From the NCBI RefSeq assembly GCF_052425735.1, contig NC_135763.1, positions 16,740,001 through 16,804,000 on the forward strand: a stretch of 64,000 bases of DNA, read 5' to 3'. Numbering within the stretch: position 1 is the first letter of the stretch; each line of letters begins with the position of its first letter. Both the position numbers and the translations under genes were made by a program. The stretch is from Oculina patagonica (Eukaryota). Under the pieces are notes generated by a model. It made no database searches and had not been told where the DNA came from. It saw nothing but the letters and a program-made list of their open reading frames with translations. Of this stretch, positions 1-11,879 are shown in pieces.

Positions 1-36
1 ACGATCAGAATGCGAAAAATGTGTCAATCACAACAG

Positions 37-3000
37 TTTTTTTTTTTTTTTTTTTTTTTTTTAGATAAAGCAGTTTATTGATTAACACTGACTTACAATA
101 CATTACAATACATAGCTTACTTACAATTACAATACACTACAATACATAGCTTACTACAGAGAATAATTTACGTTACACAAAGGGCATGCAAAAAACTAAA
201 TAAAAAAGAATATATTACAGAGAACAGGAAACCTGGGTGCCTACTTTTGTTGTTGTTATTATATCTATTATTTCTATATATGTTTATTTCTATATATACT
301 TATTTCTATAGTTGTTGTTACGGATTACAACTGTATCTGTTTCTTAGATTTATGCATCTCTATCTGAATTTTACTTTCAAGAACGGCCATGAAAGCTTCC
401 CAGTAGTACTCTTCTTCTTTTCTGGAGGCAGTGTAAATGTAATGTTTTGCGATAATCAAGCAGAGGTTTAAACCAAGTCGACGAGAGAAGTCATTGGCAA
501 CACCGTAAATGATCATGTTTTCATCAAGAGTTATTGGCTCGGAGTTTTTGAAATTCCACCAATTAGTAAAATGAGACCAAAAGCTCTTAACTTTTGAACA
601 GGAAGCGAAAAGATGAGCTAGTGTTTGTCTTTCAGAGCATAGGTGACATTTATCGGTTTCTTTAAGTGCGTCTCTAAAAAGTGTTGAGTTTGTTGGCAGA
701 ATGTGATGTATAATTTTAAATTGAAAGATGGCAAGTCTGGTGTCCTTAGTAACTTTGAAAGGAAGGCTTTATATGAGTTGTATTGTTTTTTCATTCAAAT
801 TTGCTTTTACCATCCTTTTTTCGGCAGTAGGTGTTACAAACTTTTTTTTGACAAAGAATCGTGTAGCCGATTTGCAAGAGAGCTTATTCAAAGGTATTCT
901 ATTGTTATCTTTACCATCCAAAGGCGCCTGGATATTTCCTTTTAGGATATTAACCCATTGTCTAGGGATTGAGTGGCATAATCCATGATACGTAAGAAAG
1001 TTAGCTTTGATTTTAAATCTAGAGCAGAACTCAGGAAAAGATAGAAAAGCATTGTTTTGGAAAATGTCTTTGATTTTAATGACTCCGGCTTCATGCCATT
1101 TTTTGTAATAAACAGAAACACCACCAACTTTAATGAAGCGATTGTTCCAAATAATTTCATTCAAAACTTGTTCTTTGGTGTTAGGAGAAAAATAATTTAT
1201 TTTTTCCCAAGCGTAGAGAGCTTCCGAGTAAAAAGCAAGTGGTATTTCAATTTTAAGTGCTTTTAAGTCAAAATTACATTGAAGTAGAAACAAGCCTCCG
1301 ACATCCCTTAGGTAGCTTAATGGTATGTAGCTCCAACTTGAAGTCTCATTACTGTCGTTGAGTCTTTTTATCCAGGAAACTTTAAGTGCATCGTTGATTA
1401 TTTCAAAATCAGGCATATCTAGTCCACCTTTTTCTCTCGGGCCGATCATAGTCTTTTGTTTTATTTTAACTTTCTTGTTCCACACAAATTGGGTAATTGC
1501 TTGATTTACCATGTTGACAAATTTCGAAGGAAAGGTGAGCACTGATGTATTATATACAAGTTTAGAGATTGCGAGAGATTTTAGAATCATTATACGGCCA
1601 TATAAAGTGAGGTTTCTAGGATACCATAAGTTGAGAAGGCTTTTCATTGAATTCAGTTTTTGTTCGAAGTTTTTCTTATATGCAACTTCATCATCATGTG
1701 AAAAATGAATACCTAATGCGAGTATTGAGTTGGAAGGCCAAGCTATTCCAAGGGGCTCTGTTGTATTGTTTCTGTTCGCGCCCAACCACATACCTTCAGT
1801 TTTGCTTTTATTAATCTCTAGGCCTGAACATTCCTGGAAGTTTGACAATAATTGGAACAAATTATTTGCAGATTTTAGGTCAGAGACAAAGGCAGTTGTG
1901 TCATCGGCATATTGAGAAAGCTTAAATTCTTTGTTGTGTATATTAATTCCTTGAATAGTTTTATCAGTTCTTATTGCATTGGCTAGGATTTCAGCGCATA
2001 GGACAAATAAAATACCCGAGAGTGGACAGCCTTGACGAACGCCTCTCTCAGGCATGAAAAAGTCAGACGCATATCCGTTGTTTATGAAGCAACTGGAGCA
2101 ATCCGTGTAAAAGGTTTTTATCCACTTTTGAATGCATGGACCGAAGTTAAAAGCTTGTAGGGTCTTGTGAAGAAAATTCCAGTCGACCGTGTCGAAGGCT
2201 TTCTTAAAGTCAATGAATATAGCCAGCCCAGGGATGTTTTCTAATTCAGTTACTTTCATAATATCCATAATGAGCCTAATGTTTTGACCAATATAACGCT
2301 CTTTAACGTATCCGGTTTGATCATCGTTGATTATTTTGGGAAGAACGTTTGAAATCCTATGAGCTATGGCTTTAGTTGCAATTTTGTAATCGACATTAAG
2401 TAGTGTCAGCGGTCTCCAGTTTTCAAGATATAGTTTGTCCTTACGTTTTTTTGGTATTACTTTGATAATTCCTTGTTTTTGCGTTATATTCAAATGTTGA
2501 TGTTCGAATCCGTAGTTTAGACTTTGTACCAACTCTTCACCCAGCATCGACCAAAAGCGTAGATAGAACTCTACTGAAAGTCCATCGCTACCAGGGCATT
2601 TGCCCTTGGCGCACTGCTCTAAAATGTGAAGGCATTCCTCGTTACTGAGTGGGTGCTCTAGTTCATTTTTTCCAGTTTCATCTAGCTTAGCAAGATTAGG
2701 ATTCTCAAAGAAAAGATTGTACTTCGAATTGTTGCACGGTGCTGCAGTATATAGATTTTTATAGAACATCTTTCCTTGTTCTAGGATATCGTTCGGAGTA
2801 GTAATTTCTCTATCATCGTTTGTTTTCAATTTGGAAATGTGCGTCTTAAAATGGTGCCTTTTTTCTAAATTCAAGAAATATTTAGTGTTTTTTTCGCCTT
2901 GTTCATGCCAGCGTGTTCTACTTCTTATTATTGCGCCTTTAGTTCGATATTCCGCAATAGCGTTAAGTTCAGCTCTAAGACGATAAAATTTTAAAATGTT

Positions 3001-3364
3001 TTCCTTTGAACGCTCCGTCTTCAGCAAGGTCATCAAATGGTCAATTTGAGTTTGAAGGTTTTTTTCAGCATTTCTGCGTTCTCTATTTTTCCGTTTTGCA
3101 TACTGGACACAAAAGCCTCTCACTTCCATTTTTATCATGTCCCAGTAGAGACCTTTATCCTCTAGATAATTGTGCTTTGTTTTGAAATCTGGTATCTTGT
3201 TAGAAAGTTCCTGTATGAATTTTTCATCGTGCAGCAGAGAGTTGTTTATTTTCCAAAAACCTGGGCCTCGCTGAGTATATTCTTTTGATTGCAGATTAAG
3301 GATAATTGCAGAATGATCAGACAATGTGTAATGAACAATTGTAGAGTCTTTCACAGAGTTTGAC
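37..3364 (-). mobile_element. 5'-truncated Tx1/L1-clade non-LTR retrotransposon with poly(A) tail and ~15-bp TSD
   Basis: Poly(T) on + at 37-62; caatcacaacagttt occurs at 25-39 and 3365-3379 (TSD, last T's ambiguous); contains ORF2 from the end of the APE endonuclease (SDHSAI) through RT to a C-terminal zinc finger. Confidence 0.93.
325..3364 (-). pseudogene. LINE ORF2 (partial endonuclease, reverse transcriptase, zf-RVT), 5'-truncated with one in-frame stop
   Basis: Motifs GPGFWKINNSLL, GEKNTKYFLNLEK, NWRPLTLLNVDYKI, IDFKKAFD, GVRQGCPLS, SQYADD. The frame continues past TAA at 769-771 as SLPFKVTKDTRLAIFQFKIIHHILPTN...CHLCSERQTLAHLFASC and joins ORF 325-516 in frame. Confidence 0.92.
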
Positions 3365-3903
3365 CAATCACAACAGTTTGTCGAAACACCGGAAGTTGAA
3401 AATCTGTTCATCAAGACGATAAGAATGCGAAAAATGTGTCAATGTCAACAGTTTGTCACATAAGATCGAGGCTTCTGTCACATGGAAGAAACATTACGTT
3501 TTGCAGACGTTGTTCAGGCGTTGGTTTTGAGAAAATTTGCTGTGATTGTATCACAGATAAACCAGAGCAAAACGAATGATTCCAACAACAGTTATTTAAT
3601 CTCGAAAAATTCCTTACAACACTGACAACATAGCGAGTTCGCCGACAGAGGAAAATCACATCTTAATTGCACCGCGTGCTCGATTAAATCATGCATTCCT
3701 CCCGTGACGCGTTACTTTTGTCCAGTGATTTGTCAATTATCAATCCGTAATCTTCCACCATGAACGGTTAATGCAAAAGGATCCGAAAATGTATCGTTCA
3801 AACACTGGGAAGTTGAGAATTTTTTTCCTCCACAAAGAACGATTAGAATCCGAAAACAAAAGTTTGTCGAGGCCCGCACTTTCTGACCTGTGGTTACCAC
3901 TAG

Positions 3904-4406
3904 TTATAGGAAATTAACGCTTCATGAAATTAACGCGAATTTCAAAAATTCGCGTTAATTTAAGTCGCGTTAATTTTTGTTAACGTTAATTTCCGCGCCG
4001 TTAATTAAGTGGAGCGTTAATTTCCATGACCTTAATTTCCATTATTTTGGTCCCAATTTTTCGATACAGTCCAGACGTTCTTGACTGCAAGGAAAAGACA
4101 TTATTTCATCAGGGTGGAAATCTGCTGTTATCACTGAAACAGCGAAGAACGTTCGAGGCGGTCAGATTCCTTCGCCTAACCCCTACGTCGAGGATTATAC
4201 GCCTAGTGTTGAAATAAACGTGTTCTTGTTGTCTCAACAAGTTTTTTTCTTTGTGTTCGTCGCGTTAATTTCCTTCATTTTGAAATGTCCCCCCCTCTTT
4301 CGCGTTAATTTCCTTTATTGGAAAGTAATTTTTCCTTCAATTCGCGTTAATTTAAGTCGCGTTAATTTCAAATACCTTAATTAACACAAACGTTAATTTC
4401 CTATAA
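3904..4406. mobile_element. MITE with 16-bp TIR and many internal gcgttaattt repeats
   Basis: ttataggaaattaacg (3904-3919) and cgttaatttcctataa (4391-4406) are reverse complements; subterminal motif reiterated many times. Confidence 0.75.
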
Positions 4407-5409
4407 TAAGGTAAATCAAAGTGACCTAAACGAAAATCACATCGGTGTTATTTTCATTTGGCTCCGTGACGCACGTTATGACGTCAGAGCAGTTGACATT
4501 GTTAATATTTGCGTGCGCTTACGTGCAACACAAAAACTTGTATTAACCTTCTCTTTATCGAAGCTATTAATATAACACGATGATTTATGGCTGGGTTTCG
4601 TTAATCGTGCAGTGCTTTGTCAATAAATATGTGTTTTCTTATCAATTTCACTTTCGATACAAGGGATGCGTATGAAGTATATTTATATCACGGAACAACG
4701 GAAAGAGTGTAATATAAGGTATAGTATTGGTTAAAAATATTCCAAAAGATGGAACTTGGCTGGCATACTAAGTGTCAAATAGAAGTCGAAGGCGATTCCT
4801 TGATATTTCAGTGCTGTTAGAGCAACAGAAACAATAGACTTCTGTTCGTCAGGTTACAGATTACACACTACTTAGCACTGCCGTCCCAAAAGGGCTCAAA
4901 CGAAACACAAAAAGACAGATAGATTGCTTAACCTAATTGGGCTACATTAACACAAACCTTAATAGATGTTTTCTGGAGTATATTCCCCGCACTTATTCCA
5001 GTGTTAACTGCACGGAACGATGTAGACTTGAACGACCATCAGCAATGATTTTCGAATAACTACATCATATAATTAGCGGCAGAACAATGGCGTGACACCA
5101 TATTTTGATAGGTTATTGGTATTGCGACACGTCACGCGATATGGTGCACGTCACGAACAAATGCCTTTTCGTTATATAGTGAAGCACACAGGTTATGCAC
5201 AGCGACAGGAGACAGCGAATTACATTACAGTAAATACGCCTTATCACAGTTTTCGACGCCATTTTGACGAGTAGGCAAAGCGGGTAGAAATTACAGTATT
5301 TGTATGGGAATTCCACGGCAAATATCTTTTAAAAAATTGAATTCTGGACAACTTATGAATTGTAAAGTTAAGATACTAGGCAAAAGTTTTTATTCACCAA
5401 GTTTGAAGG

Positions 5410-5587
5410 ATGTAGCGGGGCTAGAAAGCATTCAGTTCCGTTTTTAATTTCCCATACATTTGTCTATATTTTTTTTCCCGCGAACCGCGTCAACTCACCG
5501 AACTGGAACGTAAATCTGCAGAGAAAATACAGACAAATGTATGGGAAATTAAAAACGTAACTGAACGCTTTCTAGCCCAGCGACATC
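5410..5587. repeat. Palindromic/hairpin MITE-like repeat
   Basis: ggctagaaagcattcagttccgtttttaatttcccatacatttgtct pairs with agacaaatgtatgggaaattaaaaacgtaactgaacgctttctagcc. Confidence 0.7.
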
Positions 5588-6959
5588 ATTTTCATATGAA
5601 TGGTTTCGCAAGTAGACTCGTTTTGAAACAGAAGTAAACTCAGAAAAGGACTATTAGACCTGGGTTCCATCCATTGTATAAATCTGTCACGGCCAGACAA
5701 TTGATTGGTCAGACATAAAATAAGAGCTAACGGGTAAATCTGAAGAATAGGCTGATCACTTTAGGTTTAAACTATTTATCTTAACGTTTATAATGTGTGT
5801 TTCTTTGTCAAGTGAAATTACATTTCCTGGCCATCCATAACAAGAAATTAAGCCATCAAGACAAGCAGTTGTTGTGATGAAATGGTGCACATAGTTCCGT
5901 GTACCTTTTCTAAAAAAGAGAAGTTTTTAGTTGAGTGTGGAAAGAAATCTAAAATTGCTTCAGTTTGGTTTTTGTTGTAACTGGCAATCTGCGATTGGTT
6001 TAAAAATAACTTGCGCCACTTAGCCTACTCGACAAATCAGATGCAAAAACAAAACCAATCGCGACGTACTCGTGCGTGATTTCTCGCTCTTGGCGCCGGT
6101 TGCGTGTATTCCACATGTATTTGCTTCGTGCTTTTATTGGTTCAATGTGGTGAGTACATTTGTTGTCACTGATAGACTGTGCGAATCCCTCTATTTTCTC
6201 GTATTTTTCTTCAATCATTGAACGCAGGAATTGAAAGCTACTCTAATACTGAACGTTCATAATTATGGACTTCTGACAAAAAAATAGGAATAAAAATCTT
6301 AAACTCAAGAAAACATCTAAATTGCAAATTGATAAAGGTTACGAGAAATGTTCCAATCTGCTACAAAAGTGAAATTTAAAACGCACAGACAAGGTTACCA
6401 CGCGTAAGGTATCGATAAAAAATCTCCCAAATTACTAAAGTTAGTTTGCGAAACAATGATCTAACGTACACGTAGTCAGGCAGTATAATAATATGAAGAA
6501 TAACCTTAAAATTGCTGGCTGGCAGACATGCTAATGAGCCAATACCTCCTTTAGCTTCCTTTGTAAAAGTTAAATTAACAACGCGTCACAAAAAGTATTT
6601 AAATTTCCAGGAAAAGTTACTCGTGCCATGCTCTTCTATGCCCTACATCGATCACAAACTGAAGCACTCATGCAAATAAAACAAATGTTGTAAACAAAGA
6701 TCCGCCTCTCTTTTTAACTCTATTAACGCGGGTTTTCACTTACGCTTGCGCTGATGGGCGCCGTAAACAAACTTATTAACGACCGGCATGTACGTAGTCT
6801 CTTTTGAGTTAGTTCACTTTCAATTTTCAGATTACTTTCACAATAAGGGTTGAACGTATAAAACTATACCCTGAGATTTGTAAGACGAGAAACGTTCTGA
6901 GTCGACACTGTTCCGTGTTCTGCGCCAGTTTCTTTGCTTAAGCTTTACACTAAAAAAAC

Positions 6960-9498
6960 CTACAAGCTTCCTAATAAATCCACTGTAACGTCATCTCCAA
7001 TCAGAACAAATGGTGCCCAGTCACTCACGCTGTACTTCTTGGAGTCTCTCATCCACTTCATGGACTGGTGAAGAGCTTCACTTGCACTCAGTTTATCACG
7101 CACCAGATGCCCGTAGAAACGAATCATGAACTCTTTGGTGGAATCGTCATTCAGGAGCCACAGGGAAACCAGGACTGAACGAGCTCCAGATGCAATGAAG
7201 GCACGTGCGATACCCACCACTCCCTCTGCTTGCATGATCTTTCCGCGACCACTGTGACAACAGCTGAGCACAACCAGCTTGGCTCGGATGCCAACCTTTG
7301 AGATGTCTTCCATGGTCAGCACGAAGTCTTCTTTGCTTGGCACTCGAGGAGAAGATGGGTTTGGCGCACAAGCGATCTCTCCTCTTTTCGCATCACCATG
7401 GGCAGCGATGTGAATCAGACAGACATTATTTATCCTTCGTAGCACTTCTTCCTTTGTTGCCTGCTCGCCCAGCAGTGGCGAAACGTTTAAGAGTTCGGCA
7501 ATTTCTTTTGCCTCCTGTCTAGCCGCCGGTAATTGTCCCAATTCTCTCACTCTACTTACGTCTGGATCGCCTACGATCAGCGCTCCAGTCTGGCTGTGAA
7601 AATCTGCTGGGCTGTCAAGAATAAGCTTGAGTGTTGCTAAAGAAGGAGCGATTCGGATCCTGCATTTTTCAGACAAGAATTTTCCATTAGCATCTTGCAG
7701 TGAGGCAAAAGGAATCATAAACATGGATCCTTCAGGGACGATTACAACCTCTCGACCCTCAATACGATCGGCAAATGGAGCTATTAGCATGTCGTAAAGC
7801 TTGTGTGGTGTATTCCTTGCGTTGTCTCCATTTTCCTCGTCGTCCAATTCTATAAGACGTTTTCCTTCCCTTCCTCTGCCTTCTTCCTCGTTAGATGTAG
7901 ACTCCGAGTAATAAAATGCTGATAACGAACGGTCTTCACAATCGATGTCTCGACCAGTAGTAAGGGACCCGAAAGTTATCTGCAATGTTGCTTCCAGAAG
8001 ATCAAACATATCGTCTGCCGACGATTCCTTTGGATTAAACATCTCTGTTTTGCTGTCTACATTTGTCAATACCCAGAAAAATGTTTTGTCAAGTGTTATT
8101 GCAATGAACACTAAAGTTTGCTCTTTCGTCAAACTGTGAATCAAGTTGCTGAGGCTATTCTCATTAAGTGGCTCAAACTTCTCTTCAATGGCATAATTCT
8201 TTGATAACAATTCCCTCAATACGCGGGCACGTCCTCGCTCTGCTGCTAATAAAGCAACAAGGTTCCTCCCGAGTTCAATCAGTAAATAACTGTGCCATTT
8301 GTAACAACTAAAATAGCCGCAGAACATCTCACCGACAGAGAGTTTATACTCATCCGTCAAATGCTCAAGTTCACTTTCGAAGCACTTGACACTTTCAGCA
8401 GAAACGTCGCATGCCTTTTGGATGTCTCCTCCTGAAGACCAACTAGCAGCTAAGCGCGTAAGCGTAAAAGACATCGGAACCTTTCTGGCTCCCACTTCCC
8501 TGATAATTTCCATAACTTGCTCTTTGTATTCAGTTGCCTTGTCTTTTTGGCCGAGAGCAAGGTATATATCGGAGAGCCAAATGCAGGCGTTTTCCTTAAC
8601 CTGTCTGTCTCCTATTGAATTGCTTATTTCAAGAGCTCTTTCAAAGTACTTGATTGCTTCGTCATATTGCTCTAAAATACCAAAGTGGGTACCGATGGCG
8701 GCGCAACAAATCCCTTCACTTTCGCAGTCATTTGTTTCTTTACAAATTTGAAGCGTTTTTTGGAGCAATTCTAATGATTTGTTTTCTTTCTTCCCAATCC
8801 CGCCAGAAGCGATAGCTTCCCGATATAGCATTGCCGCTCTTGCGGAACCATCTCCAGTTTCGTCACTAAGTTTAAGTGCTTCGTCTCGTATCTGCTGAGA
8901 TTCCTCTAACTTATCAAGGTAAGTTAACACTTTACTGAGGTAGAATAAGGCCATTGTTTCCATCTCTTTATTTCCAATTTCCTTGGCAATTTTAATTGTC
9001 ATCAGTTGGCACTCCTTTGCTTTTTCATATTGACCGAGGTCATAATTTATTTGTCCAAGATAGCAGTAAACTGCTCCTTCATATTTTACATCTCCAGTTT
9101 CCTTGCTTACTTGAAGTGCTTTATCGAGATATTTAATCGCTTTGTCATAACGGCAAAGGGCTTCAAACGCACAAAAAATAAGGTAGTAAGACCTTCGTTC
9201 TCCTTTTTTGTCTACGATGCTCTTGCTTATCTTTAAAGCACGTTTAGCATTCGCTTTTGTCTCACTGTAGTTTCCTATAAAAAAGTAGGTGGTAGCAAGG
9301 GCATGGTAGGTATACACGGTAAACTCAACTGGACTTGGCAAATTTATGTCTTCCAAGAACTTGTTCAGCGTCAGCCACTCTTTGAAAAATTCTATCGCTG
9401 CATGGTAACGGCCGGTGTTCACCAAAAAATGTGGCACTATAGAAAGAATCATCATTGCTAACCCGAACCCAAAGTGGATCATGATTACGTGGGCGATT
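6960..9498 (-). CDS. TPR-repeat + CHAT (caspase/separase-like) domain protein, TTC28-like family; large terminal exon
   Basis: 840-aa ORF with ~40-aa TPR-like repeats (YDKAIKYLDKALQVS, YDEAIKYFERALEIS), AERGRARVL linker, and CHAT motifs IPFASL, IVGDP, LPAARQEA, HIAAHG, LVVLSCCHSG, GARSVLVSLW, WAPFVLIG. Splice acceptor at 9499-9500 just upstream of ATG 9482. Confidence 0.9.
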
Positions 9499-9651
9499 CT
9501 AAGTAAACAATATAAAGAAAGGTGTTAAAAATATTTAGTAAATTAACCCCTTCTGGCGGCTGGTATATTGGAGGATAATTGCCTGAGCCTGATAGATTGT
9601 CCGAAAAATAAACATTTAGCCGTTCGGACAATTCTTCAGCCAAGGGCATTA

Positions 9652-10956
9652 CCGTATTTTCTCAAATAAACGCCGGGGGCGTTTATTTAAAACTCGGCCT
9701 CTGAGACCCGGCGTTTATTTGAAGCCGGCGTTTAATCGGGGTCCGGCGTTTATTTATGAAAATTTTCAATCATTTTTAAGTTGATTTATTTTTTCACATT
9801 CGAATTCTTCGAGACCCATGAACAGTTTGTCGTGGCGGGACGTTGTAACCCTTGGACCCGACCTCAAATTATGTCCGTTTTTCTCATACATACGGCATTA
9901 CATACGGCCCGTCTATATTGTAATCAGTTTTGTGCAAACAGAACAGAACATTTAAAGTTTATAAACAGCAATGTCACCAACGTCCTTAACGTTTGTATCA
10001 TCTAAACATTCGCAATAATGTTTGTGTTCTAATCGGCTAATCTTCATAGACAACAATCTCATTACGTTCTTCTTCAAAAATGTCTGGCACTAGATCCGCG
10101 AAAGGGTCGTTTTCATCTGCGGGAGCACCTTGTCCTAGCGCATCGAAAAATGCCGTGGCCCTTTCAGTAAACTCCTCCCTCCCATTACTTAGTGGGCCTT
10201 CTTCCTGAAAACAGTGGATTTTCTCATCTTCCGATCCCTTAATGGGTAGCGAGATCGCACAAACTTCAAACCTCTTCTTGATGACGTCACTTGAGAGGCC
10301 TTCCCAGGCCGCTAATATTCTCTCAACGCAGCTGCGCCTTGAAGGTGCCTTAATGCGACCCGCTGGAGTAAATTCGTGCTCGGTTTCTGCCATCCAGTCA
10401 TCGTAAGCTATTTGGCACAGATTCTTAAATGGCTTGTTCCAGGACACGTCGGGAGCCTGGATATATTTCGTGCATCCACCAGGAACCAACGCTGCATCGA
10501 CGTTTGCCTGTCGTAGGGCTTGTTTGACTCCATTTGTCATGTGGCATTTGTATGTGTCCCATACAAGAAGCCTCGGAGCAAACGATAGGCGGCCGACAAC
10601 GTACTGAATCCATTCTTCCGTCAGGCTCTCGTTCATCCAGCCATTGGCTGAGGTGCGAATAACACACTTTCCTACTAATTGCCTTTCTTCGTTCATTCTC
10701 TTCACATCTCGTTTTCCACCTTTGAAAACAATAAATGGTTTAAGTTTGTGTCCATTTGCCTTGGCTGCTAAGCAAACAGTTACTCTGTCTTTCTCATGTC
10801 CAGTTGACCTTATAGTTACACTCGATGCTCCAGCCTCGTTCACTGTAGTAGCACTTGGCATATCTAGCCAGATCGGTGTTTCATCCATGGCGATTACATT
10901 TGACATTGCATACTGCTTTGTGTGAAACTTGCGCCTCACGTTAAGAATGAAACTTA
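9652..10956 (-). mobile_element. One-ended pogo-superfamily (DD35D) DNA transposon fragment
   Basis: TA followed by terminus ccgtattttctcaaataaacgccgg at 9652; first ~290 bp nearly identical to the start of the complete element at 49633; carries a DDE_1 transposase ORF; second TIR absent. Confidence 0.85.
10037..10956 (-). pseudogene. pogo/POGK-like DDE_1 transposase catalytic domain; N-terminal DNA-binding region missing
   Basis: MDETPIW, GHEKDRVTVCL, KLKPFIVFKG, LLVWDTYKCH, PGGCTKYIQAPDVSWNKPFK; 35 residues between the 2nd and 3rd Asp. Confidence 0.88.
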
Positions 10957-11236
10957 TCACTAATATACCACCAGCTAGCCAGAAAGGGTTTATTTATTTT
11001 ATATTTTTTTATAAACCTCCGAATAATTTCTACAACGCGTTTTTATCGCCGGTAAAAAAAAACTACAGCGGGGACAATCACGGGTCACTGTAGTTGAAAT
11101 GAATGCAAGTTAATTGGTTTACGTAGTTTTTTGTAACACTGATTTGGCTAAAAAGTTAGACCTAAAAAGGGGACTTTGTTCCTTTGTTTTGTACTTTAAG
11201 GATAAATCGGGCGACGGATATCAAATCCTACGGGGT

Positions 11237-11522
11237 ATATTTAACAATTATTCCACGAGCGCGCGTTGGATATGAGATGGTAGATAGCCAACGAGGCGCC
11301 TCGCGCCGAGTTATCTACCATCTCATATCCAACAAACGGCGCGAGTGGAATAATTGTTTTATTAAAAACGCCCAAAGAATTGCAATATTTGAGCTCCCAG
11401 CTGTTTTTGTTGAAGCGTTTGGGCTACCATATTTGTGGTCCATGGTATATGAGCTCATATACCATTGCCTATTAACGAATCAAAACGCAGGAATTGCAAG
11501 TACCATTGCTAGTTTTTAATAA
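11237..11522. mobile_element. Non-autonomous hairpin-plus-tail repeat element
   Basis: aacaattattccacgagcgcgcgttggatatgagatggtagata pairs with tatctaccatctcatatccaac...gcgagtggaataattgtt; the tail is bounded by ttattaaaaac / gtttttaataa. Confidence 0.65.
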
Positions 11523-11716
11523 TGCCTGATCATGCTGATACCCGTCGTCCGATTTTGTACCACTTGATGCGTTTTGTCTAATGAGGGCGCGCGAAAATTA
11601 ATCGGTGGTTTATAAATTCTTCTGTTGAAGGCTTGAATTATTTTAACGCGTCTTTGTAATGGGGTGAATCGCAAACAAATCTGAGAAGATCACTTCATCG
11701 CTTTAAAATTACAAAT

Positions 11717-11879
11717 AGGCCATTTCCGATATATTTAAGTTCTAACTTGGCTCCGAGGCTTGGGGGAATGAAACAATAGACATCACGTCGAGGTTGATTG
11801 ATGAATAAATCATTTCTTTTGTTTTATTCCCCCAAGCCTCGGAGCCAAGTTAGAATATTAATATATCGGAAATGGCTTA
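11717..11879. mobile_element. Palindromic MITE
   Basis: gccatttccgatatatttaagttctaacttggctccgaggcttggggga is inverted as tcccccaagcctcggagccaagttagaatattaatatatcggaaatggc. Confidence 0.7.

Noticed and set aside
3365-3414. ORF-track start codon for the 881-aa LINE ORF
   Set aside because: Lies in the TSD and host flank; the element is 5'-truncated.
4800-4860. Minus-strand CTGACGA...GAAA
   Set aside because: GAAA does not follow stem II and no stem I or stem III pairing exists.
5092-5316. Small ORFs in the LINE-CHAT intergenic region
   Set aside because: No motifs, signal peptide or coherent splice sites found.
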